Shown piece after piece: positions 40,021 through 56,664 of a stretch of DNA of 64,000 nucleotides. This stretch comes from the human T2T-CHM13v2.0 reference genome, Homo sapiens. Position numbers and translations under genes: made by a program. Where the stretch lies: the NCBI RefSeq assembly GCF_009914755.1, contig NC_060930.1; one strand, given 5' to 3'. Under the pieces are notes generated by a model. The model was not told the origin of the DNA. It did not search any database and saw only the letters and a list, made by a program, of their open reading frames with translations. The first letter of the stretch is position 1; each line of letters begins with the position of its first letter.

Positions 40021-40066
40021 ATTGTAATTGTTAGAATAATATATATATTGTTCTAGCAATTACAAT
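40021..40066. repeat. 46-bp spacer-less near-perfect palindrome
   Basis: ATTGTAATTGTTAGAATAATATA|TATATTGTTCTAGCAATTACAAT; 21/23 pairs, both mismatches G:T. Confidence 0.88.
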
Positions 40067-41754
40067 GTACTTAAAATGTACATCAATATCCCAGTTTTTC
40101 TCAGAAATTCTTACATAAAACAAAATAATATCGAATAGCTTTATAAAAGTTTAATTGAAAAGTTTTAGGAATGACTAAAATGTTACATGCAGACGTTGCA
40201 TATTTAGGGGAAAATGCAGGCCTTCAGTTCAGAGGCATTTGGAACTCCCTATACTGAGGACACTCTGTTTTCTGAAAGTGGTTAATATGAAAAAGGCTGT
40301 GCTTTTCCATTAATTCACATTTTTTCTTTACCTTTACATTATTGGTTAAAAAAAGCCTATATAAAAATGAATTTAACAGTTTAAAGACTATTAGCAAAGG
40401 TACTTAATTTAATGGAGAAAGAATGCATTTAACCACACTTTTGTAGTTTAAAAGTACACATTTAAAACCAAGCAATTAGAAATAATTCTTATCTTTTCAC
40501 TAAAGCATGAACAATCATGTAAGCATGGTTTAGGATCTCATCAGCTTATTTCTAATTTTAGTATTTAACATTTTCAAGTTTCTTTTCTCTTTGTGTATCT
40601 CCAAGGTTGCTGCTAGTATCACAGTGTGTTGTTATTACTAGTTTATCAATCTGTTCTGATTGCCTTTGTCCTACCCAGCTTCATGGTTCCTGTACTCAGC
40701 AGGGTGCTTCACATGTGATAGGTACATAAGTACACAGTAAAATTCGACTATGTGTATATTTATTTTTGATGACTAGTATTATACAGTGTGTGAAATATCA
40801 GTCATCAAAAATTTGAATGATTGATATTTTACTAAACATTTAAAGGAAACATTAACAAACTCCATTATACCAAAAGTTTAGAGAAACTATAGAAGTTAGA
40901 GTACAGAAATTTTGTAAAGGAAATTCCACATGAGGCCAGAGTTGAAATTAGGGTTTTACTTGAGAATAGCTGTCCCTCTATTTGTCAAAGCTCCCCGATT
41001 AGTTTAGTGATTCTGTTAAGTTCAGGACTGTGGCACTGGGCCCTGCCATCTCAGAAACCTGATTTCCCAACTCTTAGTTCAGGCACCTCATCTAAACATA
41101 TCTGTACAATGTTAGAATGTCAGTATTTGAAACGTAGACCTCTTACAGATGTTAGCTACTCCTCCTACCTTCTTTTTATGCATCCTTCCTGTGAAGGCAC
41201 AGTGTATTATAGTACTTGAAATTAGAATCTGAAATGTACTTTCTGAGGATAAAATATAAAAAGACAATATTAATTATAATGATAACAATAATGTAAATAA
41301 GTAGTAAATAATAAGTAACAGCTATTATTTATAGAGCACTTATCATAGACCAGTCTCTTTTCTAAATACCATTGCATCAAAGATACTTATACAATAGGAA
41401 TATATATGTTATAAGAACAAGATAGATTCATATTTTTGACCAGAATCTTTAGATCTCTTTTATAAAAGCTACTGTGACTAAGAAATCTCATTCTAATTTA
41501 CTTCTTTTTTTATAGATTTTAAAACCTAATTTAGGTTATAGAGAAGTCCAGCTAGCCTGTGAGACCTTTGATTTATTTAAAGTATCTTTGTATGTAGCTG
41601 CATCGTTTGCTACGTTGTGATTTCATGTTGGATTCTCAGAGACGAATAATATTGCCTATTTTTCCAAGTTATTTGTAAGGAAAGGATTATGCAGTGGTAA
41701 AATGGTGTGGCTACTCGCCTATCTTTCTTACACAGTTTTAGTGAGAATCAATAA

Positions 41755-41990
41755 TGGTTATAATAATAATAAATGTTATTAACTTGTAACACTGAATGTG
41801 TGCCATTCACTGTTCTATGCATAACAGATATCGGTCCTTTTTACCTGAAAGTCATCCTATAAAATAGATACTCATAGAATCCTCATATTTTAGAAGACAA
41901 TGAAGCACAAATAAGTCAAATACCATGCCCAAGGTGATGTAGCCAGTAAGCAGCAGAGTCCTAATTCAAACTAGGTGGTTGTCTCCTGAG
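41755..41990 (-). mobile_element. MIR
   Basis: TGTGCCA..CACTGTTCTA.GC...CATATTTTAGA.G.CAATGAAGCAC...TGCCCAAGGT...AGTAAG..GCAGAG..ATTCAAAC. Confidence 0.75.
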
Positions 41991-43084
41991 TAATGAAAGT
42001 TGATTAGGGCTTTCTTTTTACTATAAAAGCATTGTTTTTATTTTTTCTTTTTATCATGGGAGATGCCATTCATTCAATGAGACAGTCTTATCTATTGAAA
42101 AGAGAACTACTTTCTCTTTTTGTCATTTTTGCATAGAAGGCTACTTAAATCTAAATGTGGCATAGATGGAAGATGTGGAACTAATCTGAATTTTTAAAAT
42201 TAGAAATATAAGCCTAGGAAGTAGGGTAGTTAAAGGAAAGAGAATCAAACAGAATGAAAGTGTCAGCTCCTTCAGAAATAGGTTTAGAGATGATGGTCTC
42301 TGGGTGTCTCTTTATTCGCTTTTAACAGATTCAAACAATATGTTTTGTGAAAATGTTTTCTGTTCCTGAAAATAACTCCAGGAACGGTTCAGATATTAAA
42401 AAGTACTTTAATTTTTATTTCCATATTAAAGTCAGAAAAACATGATAGTTAAAACTACAATACATTATTAGCAGAATTGAGTTAATTTTGGAAGCTCTCA
42501 TTAATGAGATGACAATTGTGGCATAAAGTAAGCTACATCTGATTAGAAGTATATAATTACATATTCGATATTAACTTTAAAGAAGGAAATAAGAATAATT
42601 TTTCTCTTATTTCCTCTTTAATGAACAAGACATTAAAGAATTGAAGACATAAACAATATTTTAGTAGATTTAAATGAAAGAGATAAATAATGAGCAAAGA
42701 AAAATTTATATTAGAGTGAAAATGTAGGGCTTGCATAAAAGATCAAATGTAGGAAAATTAAAGACTGCACTAAAGCATATTAAAAAGATTGTCACTTTCA
42801 GAACAATCTTCAATTATCAGACATAAAAACAGAAATGCTTACGTTTCTGAAAGAAATATTTATCATACAATTAATTCTCACTTTGATTTGAGAGACAAGT
42901 TTTCTGAGATTTAAATTTTCCTAATTTTTTCTTTTATTATTAATCAATGATTCATTCATTCATTCATTCATTCATCCATTCAACAATTATGTATCCAGGG
43001 CCAATCATGGATTAAAGCGAACCGACTTAAGAGTTTTAATATATTAATAATGTCTCATAAAGATACTTTGAAAATTGGCTGCAT

Positions 43085-43828
43085 AGTATTTTTATTAAGG
43101 TAAATTTACATTTACTGACATGCACAGATCTTATGTTTTTAATCTATTGAGATATTTTATACCTCAGTTATAATAAGGCATAATTTGAATACATTAAAAT
43201 TCATCTACCTTTTTGGAAGTAAAGTTATATGACTTTTCACAAACACATGAAGTCATATAACCACTGCTACCTGAGGATGAAAAACCATTCTTTTACTTCA
43301 AAATAGACCCCTATACTCTCCTTTTATAGTCAAACCTACTTCTACCTCTAACCCTTAGTAAACCACTCATAAATGCTTTATTCTTATAGTTTTACATTTG
43401 CCAGAATGTTATATAAATGAAAATATATGAAATTGAACATCATTGTGTCTGGCTTCTTTGACTTAATATATCTGAAATTCATCAATGTTGTTATCTGTAT
43501 CCGAAATTTGATAGTTTTAATTGTTGAGTAGTATTTGATTGCATGATGTACCACAGTTTATTTATCCATTCACTCATCAAAGGACATATGAATTGTTTCC
43601 AGTTTGGAGTGATTAAGAATAATGATATTATAAACATTCAAGTACAGGTTTTTGAGTTTTTGAGTAAACATAAATTTTTCTTTCTTTAAGCTAAACTCCT
43701 AAGTGGAGGATTGCTCAGTCAAATGGTAAGGTTTAACTTCACAAGAGGCTACCAAACTGTTTTCCATAGGGATTGGAGCATTTTGCATTTCTATTGATGA
43801 TGTATGAGTCCAGTTGCTCTAAATCTTG
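43085..43828 (-). mobile_element. Old L1M 3' end (continues in pieces to ~56660)
   Basis: Antisense 3'UTR motifs (GTACCACAGTTTATTTATCCATTCAC, TACCAAACTGTTTTCCA). The sequence resumes after the MST element at 46168. Confidence 0.8.
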
Positions 43829-46167
43829 TTTGTTAGGTCATTCTTGCATTGCTATAAATAAATATCTGAGACTGGGTAATTTATAAGAAAAGAGGTTTAA
43901 TTGGCTTGTGGTTCTGCAGGCTGTACAGGAAGAATAGTCTCAGCATCTACTTCTGGTGAGGTCTCAGGAAGCTTAAAATCATGATGGAAAGCAAAGAGGG
44001 AGCAGGCATGTCAAACGGCAGGAGAGGGAGTAAAAGAGAGAGTGCAGGGGTAGCGGGGAGGTGCCACACACTTCTAAACAACCCGATTTTGAGAGAACTC
44101 ACTTACTATATTGAGGTACAGCACCAAGCCATGAGGGATCTGCCCACATTACCCAAACACCACCCACCAGGCTTCACCTCTAACATTGGAAATTATATTT
44201 CAACATGACATTTGGAAAGACAAATATGTAAACCATATCATTCTGCACCTATTCCCGTCAAATCTCATGTCCTCATATTGTAAAATACAATCATGCCTTA
44301 CCAATAATCCCCCAGAGTCTTAACTCATTATAGTACTAACTCAGAAGTTCCAAATCCCAAGTTCAAAGTCTCATCTGGAGATAAGTGACTTCCACCTATG
44401 AGGCTGTAAAATCAAAAAAAGTTTTTTACTTCCAAGATTATATGTAGTTACAGACATGGAGTAAATATTCTTGTTCCAAAAGGGAGAAATTGGCCAAAAG
44501 GAAGGGGTTATATGCCCCATGTAAGTTTGAAACCCAAAAGGGCAGTCATTAAGTTGTAAAGCTCCAAAATAATCTCATTGACTCCATGTTCCACTTCCAG
44601 GGCATATATAAGTGCAAGAAGTGGGCTCACAAGGCCTTGTGAAGCTTTGCCTTTGTGGCTTTTCCTGCTGAGGTTGCAAGCTACTGGTGGAACTACCATT
44701 CTTGAGTCTGGAGGATGGCGGCCCCCTACTCATAGCTCCACTAGGCAGTACCCCAGTGGGGACTCTGTGTGGGGGTTCCAACCCCACATTTTTTCTCACC
44801 ACTACCCTAGTAGAGGTTCTCTGTGAGGGCTCCACCTCTGTGGTAGGTTTCTGCCTGAACATCCAGGCTTTCTCATACCTCCTCTGAAATCTAGGCAGAA
44901 TCTGCCAAGCCTCCTTTATTCTTGCATTCTGTGCTCCCAGAGGCTTAACATCACATGGAATCCACCAAGGCTTATGGCTTGCACCTTCCAGAACAACAGC
45001 CCGAGCTGAGCTATACCTGGGGCCCTTTGAGCCAAGGCTGGAGCCATAACAGCAGATATGCAGGAAGCAGAGCCTGGAGGCTGCACAGGGCAGCAGAGCC
45101 CTGGCCCTGGCTCATAAAACTATTCTTCCCTCTTAGGCCACTGGGCCTGTTATGGAAGTAGCTGCCTCCTTAGAGACTTCTAAAATGTCTGTGAGGCCTT
45201 TTTCTCATTGTTTTGGCTATTATCAATTGGCTCCTTTTTCATTTTGCAAATCTCTCTAGCAAGTGGTTGCTCCACAACCTGCTTGTATTCTTCCCCTGAA
45301 AACAGGAAAACCACATTATTCCCCTGAAAATGGGGAAGACCCCACATGGCCAGTCTGCAAATTCCCTAAACTTTTACACTCTACATCCCCTTTTTAAATA
45401 TAACTTCCAAATTTAAGTCATTTCTTTGCTCCTGCATCTCAATTTAGGCTGTTAGAAGCAGCCAAGTCATATCTTTAACACTTTGCTGCTTAGAAATTTC
45501 TTCTGCTAGATACCTCAAATCATCCCTCTGAAGTTCAAAATTCCACTGATTCCTAGGGCAGGAACAGAATACAACCAAGCTCTTTGCTAAGGTATAACAC
45601 AGGCGACCTTTGCTGCAGTTACCAATAAGCTTCTCATTTCCGTCTGAGAAACAATTTTGTAGCATTATCAGCATTTTGGTCACAATCCTGTAAACAGACT
45701 CTAAGATGTTCGAAACTTTCTCTTATCTTTCTGCCTTCTGAGCCCTCTAAACTCTTCCAACTGCTGCCCATTACCCAGTTCCAAAGTCATTTCCACATTT
45801 TTAGATATCTAATTTATAAGAAAAGAGGTTTAATTGGCTCGTGGTTCTGCAGGCTGTACAGGAAGCTTGGCACTGGCGTCTGCTTCTGGTGAGGCCTCAG
45901 AAGCTTACAATTATGATGGTAGGCAAAGAGAGAACAGGCACATCACATGATGAGAGTGGGAGCAAGAGAGAGAATAGGGGTTAAGGGAAGATGCCACATG
46001 CTTTTAAACCACCAGATCTCAAAGAAACTTATTCACTATCTTGAGTACAGCACCAAGCCATGAGGAATCCACTCCCATGACCCAAACATTTCCACCACGC
46101 TCCCCTTCCAGCATTGAGGATTACATTTCAACATGAGATTTGGGAGATAAATATCCAAATCATATCA
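43829..46167 (-). mobile_element. MSTB-like MaLR provirus: LTR (43829-44240), MST-int (44241-45810), LTR (45811-46167, truncated)
   Basis: Two similar LTRs ending CATATCA flank a ~1.57 kb MST internal sequence. A deletion removes the int/LTR junction at ~45810. Confidence 0.9.
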
Positions 46168-46561
46168 TCGTCTAAGTGCTTGGTGTTGTCATTTTTTAAA
46201 AAACATCATAATAAGTATGTACTGGTGTCTCATGAAGTTTTAATTTGCAGCTCTATAATGACTAAGAGTATTGCATATCTTTTGTCTTCAATTTGGTAGT
46301 GTTCAGATCTCATGGACATTTTTAAGTAATTAGATTGATTTCTTATATTTGATTTTTGAGAATTCTTTACACATTCTACATGCAAGTCTACTATCACATA
46401 TATGATTTCAAAATATTTTCTTCCCAGTCAGTAGGTTATCTTTTCATTCTCTTAACACTACCTTTCAAATGACACAAGTTTTTCATTTTTCTGAAGTCTT
46501 ATTTGTCATTTTAAATTTACTGATTTTTAGTATTGTATTTAAGAAATCTTTATCTAACCTG

Positions 46562-46950
46562 AGAAACTTGGAGGACATTACACCAAGTGAAATAAATCAG
46601 GCACAGAAAGAAAAATACTGCATATATTAGAAATTTTAAAAAAGTAAAATTCATAGAGGCAGAGAGTAAAATAGTGGTTACCAAAGGTTAGGGGTGGGGA
46701 GATTTTTGGTTAAAAGGCAAAAAGTTTCAGTTAGACAAGTGGAATAAGTTTTGAAATCTATTGCACAGCATGGTGACTATTGTTAACAATAATGTATCAT
46801 ATATTCAAAAATTCTAAAAGAGTGGATTTTAAATTTTTATACTACACACAAGAAAAATATGTAAGGTTATAGATATGTTCATTAGGCAGATTTAACTATT
46901 CCATAATGTGTGCTTATATCAAAACATTACAGTTTACCCTACAAACAAGA
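46562..46950 (+). mobile_element. L1MA 3'UTR fragment
   Basis: TGGAGGACATTA...GAAATAAATCAGGCACAGAAAG..AAATACTGCAT...CAGCATGGTGACTAT.GTTAA.AATAATGTAT. Confidence 0.8.
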
Positions 46951-46976
46951 ATAATAGAAAGTATTAATTTATAATT

Positions 46977-47288
46977 GTTTTGTTTAAGAGACAAGATCTC
47001 ACTCTCTCACCCAGGATGGAGAGTGGAGAGTAGTGGCAGGATCATAGCTCACTGTAACCTCAAACTCTTGGGCTCAAGCAATCCTCCACCCTCAGACTGC
47101 CAACTACCTATGTTACAGGTATAATACCTAGTATTACAGGTACATGCCACCACATCTGGCTATTATTTTTTTAGACACAGAGTCTTGCTATGTTGTCCTG
47201 GCTGCTCTCGAACTCCTGTACACAAGAAATTCTCCCTTCTCTTCCTCCTAAGTGCTGAGATTACAGGCATGAGCCACTGCACCCAGCC
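46977..47288 (-). mobile_element. AluJ
   Basis: ATCATAGCTCACTGTAACCTCAAACTCTTGGGCTCAAGCAATCCTCC J-type antisense dimer. Confidence 0.88.
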
Positions 47289-48291
47289 TGATAATAGTCT
47301 TTTAATAAAGGCAACTCAAGTATATTGAAAAAAGGACTTTTACATTTTTTCTACAAATTTTATAATTTTAGGTATGAATAATAGTTTTGTGTATCATTTT
47401 AAGTTGATTTTATATTTTATGTGAGGTATGGATTGAGGTTGTTACTTTTTGCTTGTGAATATTTAGTAGCTCCAGCACTATTTGTTGACAAGACTGTTCT
47501 TTCACTATTGTATACCTTTTTCCCTTTTAAAAAAAATCAGTTGACCATATCTGTGTGTTTATTTCTGAACTCTCTGCTGTTTTCCATGGATCTATATGCT
47601 TATTATTTTGCCAATACTATATTGTCTTGGTTACTGTTGCTTTATATGAGTCCTTCAATTTTGTTCTTCTTTTTTAAAATTAGTTTTTTCGAAATTATTA
47701 ATATTTGTTGTTCACTTATTTGTTTGCTTTCTGACTTGACTTTACAGTCAACTTGTAAATATTTCCACACAATCCTGTTGGGCTTTTCATTGAGGTTGTG
47801 TGAAATCTATATCAATTTGAGAAGAATTAACATTTTAATGATATCCATATTTATATTTTGGACTTCTTTGATTTATTTTATTAACATTTTGCAGTTTTGT
47901 CTTTCAAGTTCTGCCTGTATTTTGTTAGATTTATACTTTGCTATTTTATGGTTCTGATTTTTGTAAATGGTGCATTTTTTAAAAAGTTTTGGGTTTTGGT
48001 TTTTAATAGTTTAAAACTAGTATGCAGAAATAATTATTTTTGTATACTGACTTTGTATTTTGTGAACTTATTAAATTAATTTATTAGTTCCAAGAGGTAT
48101 TTCTATGGATTTCTTGAGATTTTGTGCATTCTGTTAATAATGCTTTTTTTTTTTAACGGTAATATATCTTCCTTTCCCATCTGTATGTCTTTTCTTTCTT
48201 GCATTCTTTCTCTTTTTTTAAACCTTTTTCATTAGCCAGGATTTGTAGCATAATATTAAATATAAGTGATGAGACAAGAATGTTTGCCTAG

Positions 48292-49553
48292 TGTATTAGT
48301 ACCTTCTCACACTGCTATAAAGAATTTCCCTGAGACTGGGTAATTTATGAAGGAAAGAGGGTTAATTGACTCACTGTTCTACATGGCTGGGGAGGCATCA
48401 GGAAACTTATAATCATGGCAGAAGGGAAAGCAGGTACCTTCATCACAAGGTGGCAGAAGAGAGAAGAAGAGAATGTGAAGAAGGAAGAGCCCTTTATAAA
48501 ACCATCAGATCTCATTAGAACTCACTATCATGAGAACAGCATGGGAGAAACTAGGCCCATAATCCAATTACCTCCCTCCCTTGACATATGGGGACTACAG
48601 GTCCCTCCCTTGACCTGTGGGTATTACAATTCAAAATGAGATTTGGGTGGGGACATGGAGCCAAACCATATTATTCCACCCCTGGTCCTTCCAGGGGTGA
48701 GAAGTCACATTGCAAAACCAGTCATGCCTTCCCAAGTCTAAAATTTTAATGCATTTCAGCATTAACTCAAAAATGCACAGTCCAAAATCTCATCTTTTAT
48801 GCTCTGCTTCCTCTTTAAACACGAGCTCCAGTTTCCAATCATCTCTCTCAAGTTCAAAGTTCCACAGATCTCTAGGGCAGAGGCAAAATGCCACCAGCCT
48901 CTTTGCTAAAGCATAGCAAGGGTAACCTTTGCTCCAGTTCCCAATAAGTTCCTCATCTCCATCTGAGACCACTTCATCCTAGACTTTATTGTTTATATCA
49001 CTATTAGCATTTTGGTCAAAGCCATTCAACAAGTCTTTACAAAGTTCCAAACTTTCCCACATCTTTTCTTCTTCTGTGCCCTTCAAACCATTCTAACCTC
49101 TGCCTATTACCCAGTTCCAAAGTCACTTCCATGTTTTTGGCTATCTTTGTGGCAGTACCCCACTCTACCAGTACCAATTTACTTTATTAGTCCATTCTCA
49201 CACTTCCTGAGACTGGATAATTTCTTAAGGAAAGAAGTTTAATTTACTAACAGTTCCACATGGCTGGGGAAGCCTCAGGAAACTTACAATCATAGCTGAA
49301 TGGGAAGCAAGCACCTCTTCACAAGGCAGCAGGAGGGAGAAGAAGAGAAAACTAAGGGGGAAAAGCCCCTTATAAAATCATCAAATCTCATGGTAACTCA
49401 TTCACCATTATGAGAACAGCATGGAGGAAACCGCCCCCATGACCCAATTACTTCCCTCCATTGACACGTGGGGATTACAGGTCTCTCACTCGACACATGG
49501 TTATTACAAGTCGAGATGAAATTTGGGTGAGGGCACAGAGCCAAACCATATCA
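48292..49553 (-). mobile_element. MSTA-like MaLR provirus with heavily deleted internal region (LTRs ~48292-48672 and ~49180-49553)
   Basis: Two LTRs ending GAGCCAAACCATAT(T/C)A, ~510 bp internal. TSDs CCTAG/TCTTG are each one change from CCTTG in the host L1. Confidence 0.88.
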
Positions 49554-49782
49554 TCTTGGTTTTGATTTTGAGAGGAAAGTCTTTAGGTTTTTCCCATTAA
49601 ATATGATATTACTTGTAAATAATTTAGAGACACTCTTAAATACCTTTTCTTGTATTTATAGTTTGCTGAGAGCAATTATCATAAATGGATGTTGACATAT
49701 GTAAATTCATTTTCTATATCTATTAAGATGATGCAGTTTTTCTTTTGTAGTCCATTTGTTGATTACATTGATAAATTTATTG

Positions 49783-52578
49783 TGTTTTATTTTTATAAAT
49801 TTATGGGGTACAAGTGCAGATTTCTAACATGCATATATTACATAGTGATAAAGTCCAGGCTTCTGATATACCCATCACTTGAATAGTAAACTTTGTCCCC
49901 AATAGGTATTTAGTCAACTCTCAGTTCCCTCCCACCCTCCAACCTTTGTACCTTCAATGTCTGTTATTCCACTCTGTATTTCCTGGTGTACTCATTGTTT
50001 AGATCCCGATTATAAGTGAGAACATGTGGTTTTGACTTCGTATTTCTGAATTATTTCACTTAGGATAATAGCCTGCAATTCCATCCATGTCACTGTAAAA
50101 TACATGATTTCACTTTTTTAATAGCTGAATAGTATTCCATGAGATACACACGCACATACACACACACAGATACACACATACATTTTCTTTATCCAAGTCT
50201 CTGTTGATGGTCACTTAGGTTGACTTTGTATTTTTGCTATTGTGAATAGTGCTGCAATAAACATATAAGGGCAGGTGTCTTCTTGATATAACAATTTCTT
50301 TTCCTTTGTGTATATATTCAGTAGTGAGATTGCTGGCTTAAATGGTAGTTCTATAACTAATTCTGCTGTTTTCCATAAAGGTGGTACTAATTTAGATTCC
50401 CATCAATAGTTTATAAGAGTTCCCTTTTCTGTCCCTCCTTACCAATATCTGTTGTTTTTTTGACTTTTACATAATGGCCATTCTGAGTAGTGTAAGATGG
50501 TATCTCACTGTGGTTATAATTTGCATTTGCATTTCTTTGATGATTAGTGATATTGAGAACTTTTCCATACATTGGCCATTTGTATGTCTTCTTTTGAAAA
50601 ATGCCTGTTCATGTCCTTTGCTCACTTTTTATCATTTGTTTAGTTCTTGTTGAGTTGCTTCAGTTTCTTCTAGATTCTAGATATTAGCCCTTTGTAAGAG
50701 GCATAGTTTTCACTTCTCTAGGTTGTCTGTTGACTCTGTTGATTGCTTATTTTGCTGTATAGAAGCTTTTTTAGTTTAATTGAGTCTCATTTGTTTACAT
50801 TTTGGCTTTGCTTTGCTTGCTTTTGAGGACTTGGTCGCAAATTCTTTGCTTAAGCCAATGTCCAGAGAGATTTTCATAGCTTTTCTTTGAGGATTTTTAT
50901 AGTTTCAGATCTTATATTTAAGTCTTTAATCCATCCTGAGTTAACTTTTGTTAATATATGGTGAGAGGTATGGGTCTAGTTTCATTCTCCATATAACCAT
51001 TCAAGTTTTCTAGTGCCATTTATTGAATAGGGTGTCTTTTCCCTAGTGAACACTTTTGTTGACTTTGTTGAAAATCAGTTGTAGGTATCTGGCTTTATTT
51101 CTTGGTTCTCTATTCTGTTTCATTGGTCTATGTGTTTATGTTTATGAAAGTAGTATGCTGTTTGGGTTAATATAGCCTTGTAGTATAATTTGGAGTCAGG
51201 TAATGTGATGGACTGCAGCTTTGTTCTTTTTGCTTAGGATTGCTTCAGCTACTTGGGTTTTTTTTTAATTCCCTATGAATTTCAAAATTGTTTTTTCTAA
51301 TTCTATAGAAAAAGACATTGGCAATTTGATGGGGATTGCATTGAATCTGTAGATTGCTTTTGGCAGTATGGTCATTTTAATGATCTTAATTCTTCCAATC
51401 CATGAGCGTGGGATGTTTTTCCATTTGTTGGTGTCATTTACGATTTCTTTCATCAGTGCTTTGTAGTTCCCCTTGTAGAGATCTTTCACCTCCTTGGCTA
51501 AATATATCATAGCTATATTTTGTAGCCATTGTAAATGGGATTGCCTTCTTGATTGATCATTGGGTAGATCATTATTTGCATATAGAAACACTACTGATTT
51601 CTGTATGCTTATTTTTTTTTGTATCCTGAATCTTTACTCAATTCATTTATGAAATCCGTGAGTTTTTTGGTGTTGTCTTTAGGGTTTTCTAGATATGAAA
51701 TTATATCATCAGCACAAAGGGATAATTTGACTTCCTCTTTATTAATTTGGATGCATTTTCTTGCCTGATTTCTCTAGTGAGGACTTTCAGTACTATGTTG
51801 AGTAAGAGTGGTGAGAGAAGGCATCCTTGTCTTTTCCAGTTTTTAGAGGGAATGTTTCAGTTTTTCCCTATTAAGAATGATGTTGGCTGTGGGTTTGTCA
51901 TATATGGCCTTTAATACTTTTAGGTATTGTTTCTTCCATGCTTAGGTTGTTGAGAATTTTTATCGTGAAGGAATGCTAAATTTCTTGAATGCTTTTTTTG
52001 CATCTACTTATATGATCATATGATTTTTGTCCTTAATTCTACTGATACGATGCATGACATTTATTGATGCATATGTTTAACCATACTTGCATCCCTGAGA
52101 TAAATCCCACCTGATAATGGTATATATTATCTTTTTGATGTGCTGTTGGAGTTGATTTCCTAGTATTTTATTGAGGATTCTTGTGTCTATTTTCATCAGG
52201 GATATTGGCCTGTAGTTTTCTTTTTTGGTGGTGTCCTTGTCTGGTTTTGGTATCAGTGTGCTATTGGCCTTGTAAAATTAGTTAGGAGGTATTCCCTTCT
52301 CCTTGATATTTTCAGAATGCTCTCAGAAGAATTGGAATTCGTTTTTCTTTGCATGTTTGTTAGAGTTTGGCTGTAAATCCACCTGGCCCTGGGCTCTTTC
52401 TTTTGATTGGGAGATTTTGTATTACTGAATCATCTTGCTACTGATTATTGATCTGTTCAGTAGTTCCATTTCTTCCCAATTTGATCTCAGGAGGCTATAT
52501 GTTTCCAGGAATTTTTCCATCTCCTCTAGATTTTTCAGTTTGTGAGCATATAGTTGTCTGTAATAGTATCTGATGATA
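49783..52578 (-). mobile_element. L1MA1-3/L1PB4-like 5'-truncated element nested in older L1
   Basis: 3'UTR TTTATGGGGTACAAGTG...; ORF2 body; degenerate TSD ATTGATAAATTTATTG / AGTGATCAATTTTTTG. Confidence 0.88.
51265..51591 (-). pseudogene. L1 ORF2p fragment (post-RT region)
   Basis: [61 protein letters not shown] is canonical ORF2p. Confidence 0.9.
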
Positions 52579-52589
52579 TAGTGATCAAT

Positions 52590-56660
<4,071 letters not shown>

Positions 56661-56664
56661 CTAG

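Noticed and set aside
47421-47957. 178-aa hydrophobic ORF as a membrane protein
   Set aside because: It is the antisense reading of T-rich decayed L1 ORF2 with a GTG start; the Phe/Leu/Ile bias is compositional.
48570-48630. Internal duplication CCCTTGACA..TGGGGA.TACA in the MSTA-like LTR as another local repair scar
   Set aside because: The same duplication is in the partner LTR (~49455-49510), so it was inherited from the source element.
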